Counted from the stretch's first letter, positions 24,591 through 37,952 are shown. The stretch: DNA of 64,000 nt from Albugo candida (GCA_040437565.1 JBDOQK010000036.1:1-64000); one strand, 5' to 3'. Made by a program: numbers and translations. Notes: generated by a model from the letters alone, not told the origin.

Positions 24591-26129
24591 ATGATCGATC
24601 ATAAAGCTGAATTGTCTCAAAAGACATGCAAGAGCACCGTTGCTGGGCAGTCTATAGCAGACTCAGCAAAAAGGAAAGTCCAGATAGTCAAGTCACGAGT
24701 AGCAATGCTTCATTCATTCGATGTCTTACATGAGGAAGGATTTGCTTATCTTGCGGATAATTCGTACATTCGATCGGGATATCGTCTGAATTACACTGTC
24801 CGCGACTGTATCCTTTCGCTGTTCCAACTCCATAATGAGACATTAAATGTATGGACACACATGATTGGCTCTCTCATTTTCTTGGGCCTGATAATGTATC
24901 TGATAATCTACGAGAACCAGAAGCCTTTAGGCGCAAATTCGATGGATTTTGATAGTTTAGCGGGTATCCGAGAGCAGTGGTTCGCAAGACAGAGATGTTA
25001 TCCTACAGATATGCCAGAAGACTTTTACATTTTCAACGGGAGACATACAAAGAGAATGATGATCGCTGACTGTTCTCCTATGCATTCCAGTCGTACAGAA
25101 CATGTTTTTGGCACAGCAAACTCAAAATTTGGTGATGTCTATGAGATGTCGAGTGCCTTGTTTGATCATTGTCTGCATCAAATTCCGAGCTTGGAGCGCT
25201 TGTATAGTCTTATGGAAGAAAATGCCGAGGAAGTATCCCAGAGTATCGCGTCACATATTGAAATGCTTCGGGAAGAATTAACTTTGGCCAAAGAACGGAT
25301 TCGTGAAGCAGCAATTTTGAATTCTTCGTCTGATCATAATCAAGCAGTTGCTGCAAAACTCCGTAATCGTGTAGAGGCATTTTCCGCTTTTTTGAAAGAT
25401 GCTGCTCATAATGTGGGAGCCGATATCCCAGTCAAATACGTTATTCACGAACTACGTGATGTAATGGATACATTACAAAATGGGATTGCAATCTTATCCT
25501 CAACTGACGACACTCATCACGTTCCACATTGGCCAATTTTCGTGTTCATGATCAGTGCTGTCGTCTGTCTAAGTTGTAGCGCCACATTCCACCTTCTGTT
25601 TGTTTATAGCAAACCGGTGTACTTTTTTTTGTCAAGGCTAGATTATGCCGGGATCACCATCATGATCGCAGGTTCCTTTTACCCTCTGGTATATTACTCA
25701 TTTTACTGTCATCCCTGGATTTGGCGCATGTACCTGACAGCTATCACGGTCATGGCAGCCGCAACATTCATTATCAGTCTCATTCCGGCTTTTGGGACAC
25801 CCAAATATCTTTATCTCCGGACAGGCGTATTTTTGGGCTTGGGCACATTCGGAATATTCCCAATCAGTCATCTCGTCTTTCATTTCGGTTTATCTGATCC
25901 ACACATCACACTAACGATCGGTCCTTTACTTTTGATGGGAGCTTTGTACGTTAGCGGAGCAGTGATCTATGCCACACGATTTCCCGAACGATTTTATCCT
26001 GGTCGATTCGACGTATGGTTTTCAAGTCATCAATTATGGCACATCTGCGTTGTAGCTGCGGCTCTGGTGCATTTCTTGAATTCGATACAGCAACTACAAT
26101 GGCGCCGTGACACGCCTTGTGAAAATTAA
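24591..26129 (+). CDS. PAQR / adiponectin-receptor (haemolysin-III family) membrane protein
   Basis: DNSYIRSGYR, SLFQLHNETLNVWTH, SATFHLL, RLDYAGI, FPERFYPGRFDVWFSSHQLWHICVV; single exon. Confidence 0.93.
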   Translation: MIDHKAELSQKTCKSTVAGQSIADSAKRKVQIVKSRVAMLHSFDVLHEEGFAYLADNSYIRSGYRLNYTVRDCILSLFQLHNETLNVWTHMIGSLIFLGLIMYLIIYENQKPLGANSMDFDSLAGIREQWFARQRCYPTDMPEDFYIFNGRHTKRMMIADCSPMHSSRTEHVFGTANSKFGDVYEMSSALFDHCLHQIPSLERLYSLMEENAEEVSQSIASHIEMLREELTLAKERIREAAILNSSSDHNQAVAAKLRNRVEAFSAFLKDAAHNVGADIPVKYVIHELRDVMDTLQNGIAILSSTDDTHHVPHWPIFVFMISAVVCLSCSATFHLLFVYSKPVYFFLSRLDYAGITIMIAGSFYPLVYYSFYCHPWIWRMYLTAITVMAAATFIISLIPAFGTPKYLYLRTGVFLGLGTFGIFPISHLVFHFGLSDPHITLTIGPLLLMGALYVSGAVIYATRFPERFYPGRFDVWFSSHQLWHICVVAAALVHFLNSIQQLQWRRDTPCEN

Positions 26130-26626
26130 ATAAACGTGTTTGAGCTGTGACTGTGACTGCAAAATTCAATTTAACATCACTCGTGTAATGTGCGTCAAAA
26201 ATCTATCACGACGCACTGGCCGTAAATTAGGATGGTTCCTGACCCGTACATGCATCAGACGTGAGGAGTAGAAGGTTATTATAGATACCGTTAGAACACC
26301 TGTGAAATAATTCATCTGTACCTATTGACGCTAAACTTCCGTTTCTTGTAATCGGTATGCCTGCGCTTGTGCTCACACGTCTATGTACAATTCCACAGCA
26401 GAGTTGGTTTTTCGGGCACGAGAAAAGCTACAATGAAATCATGCAAACGGATAGAGACGGTATCGTATTAATATTATAATCGAATCTATCACGAATGTTG
26501 ACGAATTACAAGCGAAGCAGAAAGGCTTTGGTGCAGTCAAACACTCGCTGAATCCTTCTCAGAAGACATAACCTGTCCAACATAGATTAGCGATTCTATA
26601 AGTAATCTCGTGATTCAAACTTAACA

Positions 26627-27417
26627 ATGACCTTGGATGATGATGGAGGTGATAACTTGCACAACACAACATCAGGCAAAGTAGCATGCATTCAAATCGG
26701 AAGCGTAGCTTTTTTGATTTCTGGTACAGTGGATTTTTCTATAAGTAGCTCTTCTTATAAAATTGGTCGCAATCCTGCTCCACTGATCAGGATTTTATTA
26801 TGGTCTCCGCCAAAGAAATCGAGCGACCAAAAAGGAATTTCCCCTCGCCGAATTGAAAAATGCTAATCACACTGAGCGTATGCAAGTCATTCCAAAAAAG
26901 TATAATCGGTTGGAATTATTTCTCGGTCTTGACAAAAAATTAACAGCAAACGCTGCGGCGTGGCGCTCATTGGTTGGTGGTACACTGATGTCAGTTGCAG
27001 GATGCGGAGTATTGACATTGGGGATAGCTGCAATTATCAGTGTGTATAATGTAAAGTACAAAAATTCTCTCGAGCAAATATCAAAATTTGATCAGCCTCA
27101 TGATGATTAGCTCACAAACTTCAGCAACAAAATGGAATCTGAGCTCCTTGGAAGGCCACATTCAATCAGCAGGAAGATGCGCCTTATGGTACAAGCTCGG
27201 GATTGCATTTTATCCTCTCATTTACAGTGACCATGTTCTTCAATTGTAGCCGACAGAAGTATCTCATGAATTGAACGGACATGATGACGACCTCGAATAT
27301 CTTGCCAGCATTTTTCGAGCTGCAGCAGTAGAAGATGAGGAGGCATACTACAAAAACGACACGCAATCAATTAAGGATGAAAAAAGTAATGGAAATGAAG
27401 TAAAGCGCAACCTGTAG
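26627..27417 (+). CDS. Small membrane protein, TMEM242/DUF1358-like (4 exons)
   Basis: Splicing gives ...SVAFLISGFYYGLRQR...AAAWRSLVGGTLMSVAGCGVLTLGIAAIISVYN-LTNFSNKM...KRNL*; two hydrophobic segments arranged as in TMEM242. Confidence 0.6.
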
Positions 27418-28282
27418 TTCCCGGGCATCAAGCAGTTTCGCCAGTGGACTGTGCTCGCATTATTTGACTTGAAAAATTTCTAGGTAACACGGGTCCAATA
27501 CATTGGATTGTAGCTGGTCGAATGGATTATTGACTCCTTGAACCTGTCGTACTCTCCTTTCACCACCATCAACTCATTGTATGTGGTATTTGGCAACTCC
27601 AAGAGGTATTTTCAGACGACGGTATGAGTATTCAATTTATTAAAATCACTTTTTATACGCTTCAATATCCGCTTCATGCTGTGCTTTTGAAAGCAACCGA
27701 TACATGACGGTATGCCCAAGTAATTACTGTGAAGTCGAATGGAAGACTTGCTTTGTAGGCTTTACAGGATTTGCCAAATCACAGATTTTGTGCCATCATA
27801 TGCGCTATATGGACTACAGGAACCTTTTGTGATACTTTGACTCGCTTCGGTCTGGAAACATCCAGGCCGCCGAAAACCAACTTACTTCCCTTTTAGCTTA
27901 CACTTGCTGCATCTTGCATTCCAGAAGGTTTTCCCTTTTGCTTAGCATTTGACGTAAACGACTCAGCATGCTACTCACTTCACTTCAGATGGCGATCATC
28001 TTTGTCTTCCTCTGTCCGACCGATAGGAGCGTACGGCTTTGCGCACTTTTTCCTCAATACATTCTATACTACTCAAGACTGCGCCAAGACGGTCAACGAA
28101 TTACTACCGCCAGAGACAATACATGAAACATTCTCTTCACGCGCGATTGAAGCCGCAACTCTTGTAGACTTACTGTGAAAATGGTAAGCACCGACACAAT
28201 TGACTAGGCTCAACTTAGCGATCGTAAATAAACTGCTCCTATAATGCATTGTGCTCGATTTAAAGATTTGAACGGTCGTAAG

Positions 28283-29378
28283 ATGCGAATTCTGAACGCT
28301 GTACTCTTTTTGATGATTTTTGTCAATTCCATCGAGAATGAAGACAATCGGAAGATCCTTATAAACGAAGCCGAAAAAAAATTAAAGCATTCGTTGCAGC
28401 AGCAAATGGGACTGGTCAAAGAGATCAAGATGAGTTATAAGTACGGATATGAACTGTCAATTTTGTGATTTATTGCGATCACTTGTTGGTCTCTATGCAC
28501 AATGTAGATTCAACAAACCCGACGGGTATCAAATAGGAATCCTTTTAGATCCATGCCGTCAACATGAAGCCGATTGCTGTATGGACAGGTTTGGGGACCC
28601 GGTAAGTTATATCAGAGCTTCCCCTCTCTTTCATTATATCAGGAAAAACGCCAATTTGTAGACATACTTATCACCTAAAGCGTTATTGGAGAAGACGATG
28701 TCGTTATTGGATGAGGCGGGTAACTCTATTGATGCGAGTTTCAGTCGAGTAGGTGATCGGGCGACAATATTTGATTCCAATTGCTATGTCGACGACGATG
28801 GGGTGACACCTTATCGCTTGGTAAAAAAGCACGTACTCGGAAAAGGACTTGTTGTGAGGAAAAATTATAACAACGACAGCCTTTGTGTTGGTCGGCTTGC
28901 TGCTCTGACTCCAATTGAGGAAGTACAGTTTCCCCCTTGTTGGGATTGGAATTCTTCTGTCGATGCTCTCAGGCCTTGTCAATTTGTCGATGGGCGTGTG
29001 AAGGAGCACTGCGTTGCAGTTGGTTACACGCAAACGGCGTATATTTCCCAATGTTTTGGATCTTTCGCATTACGAGATGACTGCGGTACATTTTTGGAGC
29101 TCCACTTGGCCGATGATGAGCTAATTTTAAGTCAAACGAGACTTCTTGGTGAATATACTTCAGGATTTCGCACAACCACAATTCCGCTACATCACCGTGG
29201 AAATTCCTCGCGCACAGTTTGCAAAGGGAGATATGAGATTTGGTGGGTTTTGCGAAGAAAAAGCAGTGCTATTGTGTACAAGAAAAAGTCGTTTTTGATT
29301 GTATCACCCGCATGTGATTATAATGGTACCAGCAATAAATACGAAAACTATCATGCACTTGCGTCGGAGGGTGTTTAG
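28283..29378 (+). CDS. Cys-rich, probably secreted uncharacterised protein (3 exons)
   Basis: Hydrophobic N-terminus MRILNAVLFLMIFVNS; exons joined by GT-AG introns near 28441-28508 and 28602-28661; 230-aa last exon with many Cys and GRYEIWWVLR. Confidence 0.75.
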
Positions 29379-29423
29379 TATTCCAAATTGTGGCTTATGT
29401 ATCAATTAATACGAGTCTCATGG

Positions 29424-32400
29424 CTACATCCTTCGTTTGTGAAGCAGAGAATGACACAGATTGCATTTGCGAGAATTGCGAGAATTACGATAGTAACATT
29501 TCGGGCATTGTTGTAGTGCCTGGTTGGAAGACTTTGCAGGATTCTCCGCTGCACAAATCTCACAATTTCGTGTTGGTTTTGTTTGAATATGGAAACAAAC
29601 GTGACACGCCCAATTCTTATCGTTTGTCTTATCATGTACGCAATGTGACGCTGCGCGATCGGCTGGCTTTAATGGTTGGCTTAATCGTACTGGTGACGCT
29701 AATGACGTCCGATGCTGTTTGACTGGCGATTTTGTGGCTCGGTCAGAAACCTGATGGTACGCTGATCTAGATAGTGGGTTGCATTTGGACTGTATAGGGA
29801 TCGAGCCGAATAATGTGTCCAAGTTGACTACTTCTCGTTTCTCAAGCATGTCAAAAAGCTCTATATAATCGATACGATCGCTTTGTAAGCCACCAATACG
29901 AAAACAGCGATTCATAGTTTCAGCAGCCTCAGCGTTTAGGATGATATCCAGGCGTCTAAGAGCAGCAAGGAATCCGTCTACGGTCACAAAACCAGTACCG
30001 TTCACATCGTACGATCTCACGCTCTTTTTGAATTGTTCAAGCGTGACACCTCGCAGTCTGGTGACTTCCATCAGCGCATATTTGAGTCTTTCTCGCAAAG
30101 CTTTGTGATCCTGCATGCTACAATTTGTGGACAGGATGGGTTCTTGTGAATTACCAATCTTTTGGGATAGGTGACGCCTTGGAGATTCCTTTTGAGGCGA
30201 GCATGGGTGCTTGCGATCGTGATATTGACGCTCTTGAGCTTCCATGTGTTCGAGCAAATTCAGCAGGTCAGTGTATCGAATTTGCAACGAGCACCCATTT
30301 TTCTCCCTTGTTCCGAACTGTTGCTCGATTTCGTTCATATCGTTTGTTGAGATCTCGCAATCGAGTACTCGTAGCACCGTTTGGCATTCTACAACACTTA
30401 TGATCCCAGTCTTATTCGGATCACATCGCTCAAGAAGTTTACGTCCGCTGATATTGTTCTGAGCAGCATTGACAAAGCATCTGACCAAACGCGAACGAAG
30501 GCTTTGTGAGAGTCTTAAGCTTTTCTTGGTCACGTTTCCAACGGCATCTTTTTCTACTTCCACGGCCGCGTAAAGTTCTTCTTGTACGATAGTGAGAAGG
30601 CTGTCGATATTATACGAGAAGGAGCCTGAAGAACAGCCTAACTCGGAGCTCTCTTCGATTTTTGGCAGNNNNNNNNNNNNNNNNNNNNNNNNNNNNNNNN
30701 NNNNNNNNNNNNNNNNNNNNNNNNNNNNNNNNNNNNNNNNNNNNNNNNNNNNNNNNNNNNNNNNNNNNTAAGCCACCAATACGAAAACAGCGATTCATAG
30801 TTTCAGCAGCCTCAGCGTTTAGGATGATATCCAGGCGTCTAAGAGCAGCAAGGAATCCGTCTACGGTCACAAAACCAGTACCGTTCACATCGTACGATCT
30901 CACGCTCTTTTTGAATTGTTCAAGCGTGACACCTCGCAGTCTGGTGACTTCCATCAGCGCATATTTGAGTCTTTCTCGCAAAGCTTTGTGATCCTGCATG
31001 CTACAATTTGTGGACAGGATGGGTTCTTGTGAATTACCAATCTTTTGGGATAGGTGACGCCTTGGAGATTCCTTTTGAGGCGAGCATGGGTGCTTGCGAT
31101 CGTGATATTGACGCTCTTGAGCTTCCATGTGTTCGAGCAAATTCAGCAGGTCAGTGTATCGAATTTGCAACGAGCACCCATTTTTCTCCCTTGTTCCGAA
31201 CTGTTGCTCGATTTCGTTCATATCGTTTGTTGAGATCTCGCAATCGAGTACTCGTAGCACCGTTTGGCATTCTACAACACTTATGATCCCAGTCTTATTC
31301 GGATCACATCGCTCAAGAAGTTTACGTCCGCTGATATTGTTCTGAGCAGCATTGACAAAGCATCTGACCAAACGCGAACGAAGGCTTTGTGAGAGTCTTA
31401 AGCTTTTCTTGGTCACGTTTCCAACGGCATCTTTTTCTACTTCCACGGCCGCGTAAAGTTCTTCTTGTACGATAGTGAGAAGGCTGTCGATATTATACGA
31501 GAAGGAGCCTGAAGAACAGCCTAACTCGGAGCTCTCTTCGATTTTTGGCAGAATACACTGCTCCAGGTCTTGAGCATCAAGTCGTAGTCCGAGTCGAATC
31601 AGTGCGTCAAATACATCTTGCTCGGTAGAACTTTGTCCTTCTAATTTATGCGACCGCTTTTCTTCTCGCTCATTTTTAAGACACTCCAATTGTAGCTTGA
31701 ACGATCTTAATTCTTTCTCGTTTTGGTAAGCGTCTTGAATCGCCCTGGCAATTACTTTGTGCGCGAGATAAGCACGAGTATTCTTGTTATTGCAAGCCAG
31801 ACGAACTTGACTTTGTGAGCCTTTAGTTTCCTTTGCATTTGATTGTTTGATATCAAATTCCGCGTATTTGAGGTCTCGCAAGAACAATTCGTAACTAACA
31901 AAAGACTCGGAATCATTGATTGTTCTGACGTATGGTAATAGCACTCGGGTAGCATCAAAGGTACGCATATTAAATTTAATTCGTTCCTTCATGAGCTCTT
32001 GTACAAATCTGCCAAATATATCCTGGAATATATCCACGCTAACAGCCTTCCGTGGCGGCATGCACCTCTCTTCCAACTTATCTTTTGTGGTTGTGGTCAT
32101 CGTAATGCAATGCTTCTCAAACAGGCATTTGAATGGGAATTTCTCGGGTAATTTGCCATTACAAATTGCAATTTCACGCACAAGTTTCAAATGCGATTTT
32201 TCTTCAGATTCGATCAACTTCTTTGCAGTCTGTAAAGGAGTCTTCTGATCTTCAGGCTCCTTATCTAATTCCTCGTTTGGCTTTTGCTCTACTTGGTCAA
32301 CGTGAGAGGAACCCAAAGATTCCGTCCGGGTTATACTTTGAGAGAGCGTATTCTCAAGCTTTTTGTCGTTGTCTTCCAGCTTCCCTTCCGCTTTTTCCTT

Positions 32401-35400
32401 CACTACATTTATATTTGCGTTCTTCACAAAAGTGACAAATTCATCAATTCCTACTTCACCATCTCCATTCACATCCATAAAATGGAGAAGTAGAGCCTCA
32501 TCTTTACCACCACGCTTGAAATGCGACCTCAAGCCTGCTTTATCTAACATGAACATGAATTCTTTACGTGAGATGGTCCCGTTGCGATCAGCATCACATT
32601 GGGTAAACAAGCTGATTAAGCGTTCTTGAGAATTTACTCCTTCACCACTTGCATCGATATAATCTTGTAAAACTCTCTGCAGTCGTCTTACATGATCTTC
32701 GAAAAGAACGCTAACATGTTCCGTCGAAGTGGTTAAAAATGTGGGCGTTGGTCCTTTGTCGAGAAGATCTAGAAAAAGCTGTGCACTAAAACCAGTGCCA
32801 TTTTCTTTGACGACTGTAAAACACTGAAGAAGTATCTCCAACTCATCTCTCAGATAAGGGTGACGCAAGCCTGCGCGCCAAAGCACTTCACGTAGCTCCT
32901 CGACATTGAGAGAGATAAATCGGTTTTTGCAGTCATCCTCTATCTCGAACACTTCGCGAAAAACATCTTTACATATTTCCGGCTCTTCTTTGGGCAGATG
33001 TCTCAGCAAATCACAATATTGTGCATGCAAACGACGTAGTAGCTTCATTGCCTCGTCTGGGCGATTTGTAATGTCACTATGGATATGCACTTCAGACGAA
33101 ACCTCCTCTTCATTTCTAGAATGATAACCCTTTAAAAGAGCACACTGTTCAAGTTTGTCGCAAAATTCCCGATAGTACATCTTTTTTTGCAATTGATCGC
33201 ACGAAAACGCATCCACAAGTTTCTTCATGTCGTCATCTTCGTCAGATAGAAGTCCTAGTTCTTTGATGACTTGCTGGAATGTTGTTGTAGATATGGACCC
33301 TGTGCTTTCTCTATCCAGAATACCAAACATACGCTGCATTGAGGCACAAAATGTGACGATCGTACTGCTATTCAAGTGTTCCTGCATAACAATTTTCTGC
33401 AAAACCGCATTGACATCGCTTCCGTCCTCTGTATCTCGTCTTTCTCGTGACAAGTACTCTCTTTTGTTATCAAAATCGGGCGACGCTGCTGACACTGACG
33501 ATGACGATTCAGCTAGATTGAATCGTACAAATTCATCAAAATCTATCCCACCATCCGCATTCAAATCAAATCGTCGCATCAAGCTCTTCACTTCTTGATC
33601 GCTCATGTACTTTTGTATGCCAAGTTCCCGAATAGCTTCTTCAAATTCTGATGCGACAATGCATCCGCTCTTATCTTTGTCTAAGAGATCGAATGGAATC
33701 CGAAAGTTATATTTCCCGTCCAATGTTTTAGCACAACGTCGTAATTCCTGTCGTAAAATTTGTACACCATCGCAAAACTGTGGGCTATCGTAGTGAGTGA
33801 TAAACTCAATCTTCATGTTGCGACGTTCTTGTATTCCTAAAACAGCAGCAAGGAATCGGTCAATCAGGATACTTCCGTGGCCACCACAATCAGCTCCTGT
33901 CCACTGCACCAAATAAGTAAAGTCTCGCAAATTTGGACATAATGCAGNNNNNNNNNNNNNNNNNNNNNNNNNNNNNNNNNNNNNNNNNNNNNNNNNNNNN
34001 NNNNNNNNNNNNNNNNNNNNNNNNNNNNNNNNNNNNNNNNNNNNNNNTCTCTCAGATAAGGGTGACGCAAGCCTGCGCGCCAAAGCACTTCACGTAGCTC
34101 CTCGACATTGAGAGAGATAAATCGGTTTTTGCAGTCATCCTCTATCTCGAACACTTCGCGAAAAACATCTTTACATATTTCCGGCTCTTCTTTGGGCAGA
34201 TGTCTCAGCAAATCACAATATTGTGCATGCAAACGACGTAGTAGCTTCATTGCCTCGTCTGGGCGATTTGTAATGTCACTATGGATATGCACTTCAGACG
34301 AAACCTCCTCTTCATTTCTAGAATGATAACCCTTTAAAAGAGCACACTGTTCAAGTTTGTCGCAAAATTCCCGATAGTACATCTTTTTTTGCAATTGATC
34401 GCACGAAAACGCATCCACAAGTTTCTTCATGTCGTCATCTTCGTCAGATAGAAGTCCTAGTTCTTTGATGACTTGCTGGAATGTTGTTGTAGATATGGAC
34501 CCTGTGCTTTCTCTATCCAGAATACCAAACATACGCTGCATTGAGGCACAAAATGTGACGATCGTACTGCTATTCAAGTGTTCCTGCATAACAATTTTCT
34601 GCAAAACCGCATTGACATCGCTTCCGTCCTCTGTATCTCGTCTTTCTCGTGACAAGTACTCTCTTTTGTTATCAAAATCGGGCGACGCTGCTGACACTGA
34701 CGATGACGATTCAGCTAGATTGAATCGTACAAATTCATCAAAATCTATCCCACCATCCGCATTCAAATCAAATCGTCGCATCAAGCTCTTCACTTCTTGA
34801 TCGCTCATGTACTTTTGTATGCCAAGTTCCCGAATAGCTTCTTCAAATTCTGATGCGACAATGCATCCGCTCTTATCTTTGTCTAAGAGATCGAATGGAA
34901 TCCGAAAGTTATATTTCCCGTCCAATGTTTTAGCACAACGTCGTAATTCCTGTCGTAAAATTTGTACACCATCGCAAAACTGTGGGCTATCGTAGTGAGT
35001 GATAAACTCAATCTTCATGTTGCGACGTTCTTGTATTCCTAAAACAGCAGCAAGGAATCGGTCAATCAGGATACTTCCGTGGCCACCACAATCAGCTCCT
35101 GTCCACTGCACCAAATAAGTAAAGTCTCGCAAATTTGGACATAATGCAGCGACGTTTTTTTCTATAGAAAGGGCTCTGACTTGCTCCCATAATTTCACAA
35201 GTGTTAGTTTTCCATTTCGTTCTACATTCAGTCGATCAAACACGCTCCCGCTGCTTGGCGCTGAAGGTGCATCAGAGCTCAGGTTTGCATCATTCGATGA
35301 CGAGAAACAACTGAACAGCTTTTTCATGTCGTAAGCTACGCTGGTTCTACAAGACCAAAAAATCAATCAGTAGCAATCGTATTGGAATATGTACCGTCAT

Positions 35401-37952
35401 GAGATCGCTTACATCTTTCGTGGGAGATAGTTTGCAAACTCCTGCAGCATCTCTTGTGTCACTAGGCCTTTTGTTGCAGGAGCAATCAAAATCACAACTT
35501 GTCCAATATGTGTGGCTTGAAGGCGGATATTCGACTCCCGAAGGATGTGATCGATGGTGATGGGGTCAATTAGGCCATGTTTGGGCTTTAGCGCTCTCCA
35601 AGCAATACCGATATCGATTTTTCCGTTCTTTACATGCTTTCTGCTTTGCTTTTCTATTACCCAAGATCGGAACACCTCGGCGGCATCAGAAATGCGATTA
35701 GCTACTCGACAAGATTCATCGCAAAGTCCCGTTACGTAGCGAAGAAAATCGCTGTAATCCACAATTCCGTCTTTGTTGACGTCCAGCCGCATAATTACTT
35801 GACTCAGTTCCGAGTTTGTGAAATTTGAATACTGAAAGGCAAACAATCGCTCAAAATCAGTTCGGCTCAGCTTTCCATCTCCCAAAGCATTGTGCGACTG
35901 GAATATGAGACGGTAGTTGGGACCATTACTACCTGCATGCGCAGTCAAATTTCGCTGAAACATCGTCAACACGTCATCGCTAGAGATCAAAATCCGTCAC
36001 AGAAAGCCACGTGAGAAATAGAAAGATAGGCAGAATGTACATTTCAGTATCTGTGAGTTTTAAAAAGCGTGAAAAATTTTCAAGGGAGAGAAATTTGCTG
36101 TCCGTCGGATTCATTCGTTCCCAAAGATGCTGCAAATCCTTTAGCGCAACTGATATTGTCAGTCTCATGAAGCGGATTACACCGATACGCTCACCTTTTT
36201 ATTTATTTTAACACCGAGAGACTCCATTCCTTGAACGAGTTGAGGTCGAGTCAGTTTCTGCACGTTCTTATTCACAAAAGTCTGAAACAATCGCGCGAAA
36301 TTCAAGGCTGTGTCCTGATCTCGAGGACAATTTCTTCGCAGTGTTTTGCGAACATGTACTTCCAATTCATCCAAATGGGAAAGAAATTTCCAGCTATCAT
36401 GAAACAAAGACAGGGAATATTCGCTGTCCAAGGACGTTTCTGAGGAGAGAACGTCTTGTGTCCATGAGTGGGGTTCAATAATATCAATGTTTCGCAGAGA
36501 AGAACCAAGCTTGTGACGGCGTCGGACCCATAGAAAAATGCCAGATTTGGATGAATTTGTATTCAAATTCCCAGGAATGAGTTTAAAGCCTCTAAACATT
36601 GGCAGCCAAAGCCTTGCATCGGCCTGATCGTTCAAATCGCCAACTGTGACACACATGTCAATCAGCTCGCTAGAGTTTGGCATATTCGGTACGGTGTGAC
36701 TTATCCAAATGAACAAATGCTTGGAAAAGAGTCCACCAGCACCGATATCCTGTAAAAGACAAGTGTATCCTTTTGCTACCAATTGGGTATCTCTGGATGT
36801 ATTGGCGTAACGAATGCGTTCAATTCCCGTCTTTCCTTCCTCTCGCGAAGCCGATTTGAACCATAAAAACATGTTATTGCCTCCAGATGCTTTGTCTGAA
36901 ATACCGGGTAATAGCTGAGCGAAACCATCTCGTTGAAACCCAATCTCATCACTTTCAGTCGCAGATATTCTGATGTCCACAATTGCGTCCTCTTTCGGAG
37001 GATAAATCAGATTCTGAACGTTCTGTTCGCTTTGTAGCAGATATTCGAAATCATTAATCCTCACAAATCCGTCGTGATCCGAGTCCATCAAAGTAAGCAG
37101 GTATGACGTTTCCTATATACAATGAAAGAATCATTAGCAAATAAAAGAAAACAATCTTGTATGAAATACTCCAGTGGTCAAAATCACATCCAATTCCCGG
37201 GCGATAGCTGCATGCAGTAATTCCGGTGAAACGTAATTTGCTTCTGTTGACACCATACGTTCGAAATACTCCTTCGTTTCAACTTCACTGAGCTTGAGAT
37301 GCTTCAAATGTTTTCGGTACTTGTACAAAAGCAAGCGACTACATACTGCCCAGTGTCACAAACATCGGTTGCATTCTTAGTGATATTAATGCGCTTACAG
37401 CTGACTTCGGTCCAAAAGGCAAAATTCCAGGAGCTCTTGATGAGTAATCAAACTGCATGTATCCCGCTCAATTCGATGGAACAAAGCATCGATCTGATCA
37501 CTCGCTATAGCTACAGCGAAGGCTGGATCACTCATGATCATCTTACGAAATTCATGTATGTCAAGGCTTATGCTATTTCTCAGTGCCTCCGACGTAATTA
37601 GAGCATCACCCAGTTCTCTCTCGCACCCGAACGTTTGGATCAGCTCTTTTAGGAAATAATAAATACCGTTTTCTCCACGTATACTCGCTGCTCTTTCACG
37701 AAATGCCTGACGGGCCCGGTGACCAAGAAGGTCATCAGAGTGTTTGCATAGCATGTACGTTCCTTCTTTGACTCCATCAAGTGTCAGATTCTTCACGAAT
37801 GGATCATCGCCTGTGTCATTTGATGAAGCTTTTTCACCGTCGTGGGCCACCAATTTCGACTTGTTGATAATCGATCCATATCTTCTTTGTAACGTTTCAT
37901 CTGAGAACAAGACGGAAGAAGTAGTTCGCTTTACTTTGTCGCGTTTGCTCAT
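29424..37952 (-). CDS. Very large multi-EF-hand protein with a MABP-like region and C-terminal Cys4 zinc fingers (two internal assembly duplications)
   Basis: Many EF loops (DSDHDGFV, DVNKDGIVDYSDF, DKDKSGCI, DLNADGGIDFDEF, DADRNGTISRKEF, DVNGDGEVGIDEF, DVNGTGFV); AIVDIRIS...MFLWFK and GFKLIPGNLN...IFLWVRR; terminal WACHVC...CEIC and CPKC...CNLC. Start approximate. Confidence 0.88.
29886..31551. repeat. Gap-flanking direct duplication (29886-30668 = 30769-31551), probable assembly artefact
   Basis: 783-bp apparently identical copies separated by exactly 100 N; identical ORFs at an 883-bp offset. Confidence 0.9.
32846..35149. repeat. Gap-flanking direct duplication (32846-33947 = 34048-35149), probable assembly artefact
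   Basis: 1102-bp copies separated by 100 N; identical ORFs at a 1202-bp offset. Confidence 0.9.

Noticed and set aside
29886..35149. Apparent internal tandem duplication of EF-hand modules
   Set aside because: Copies look identical and each pair is separated by exactly 100 N, the pattern of unmerged overlapping contig ends.
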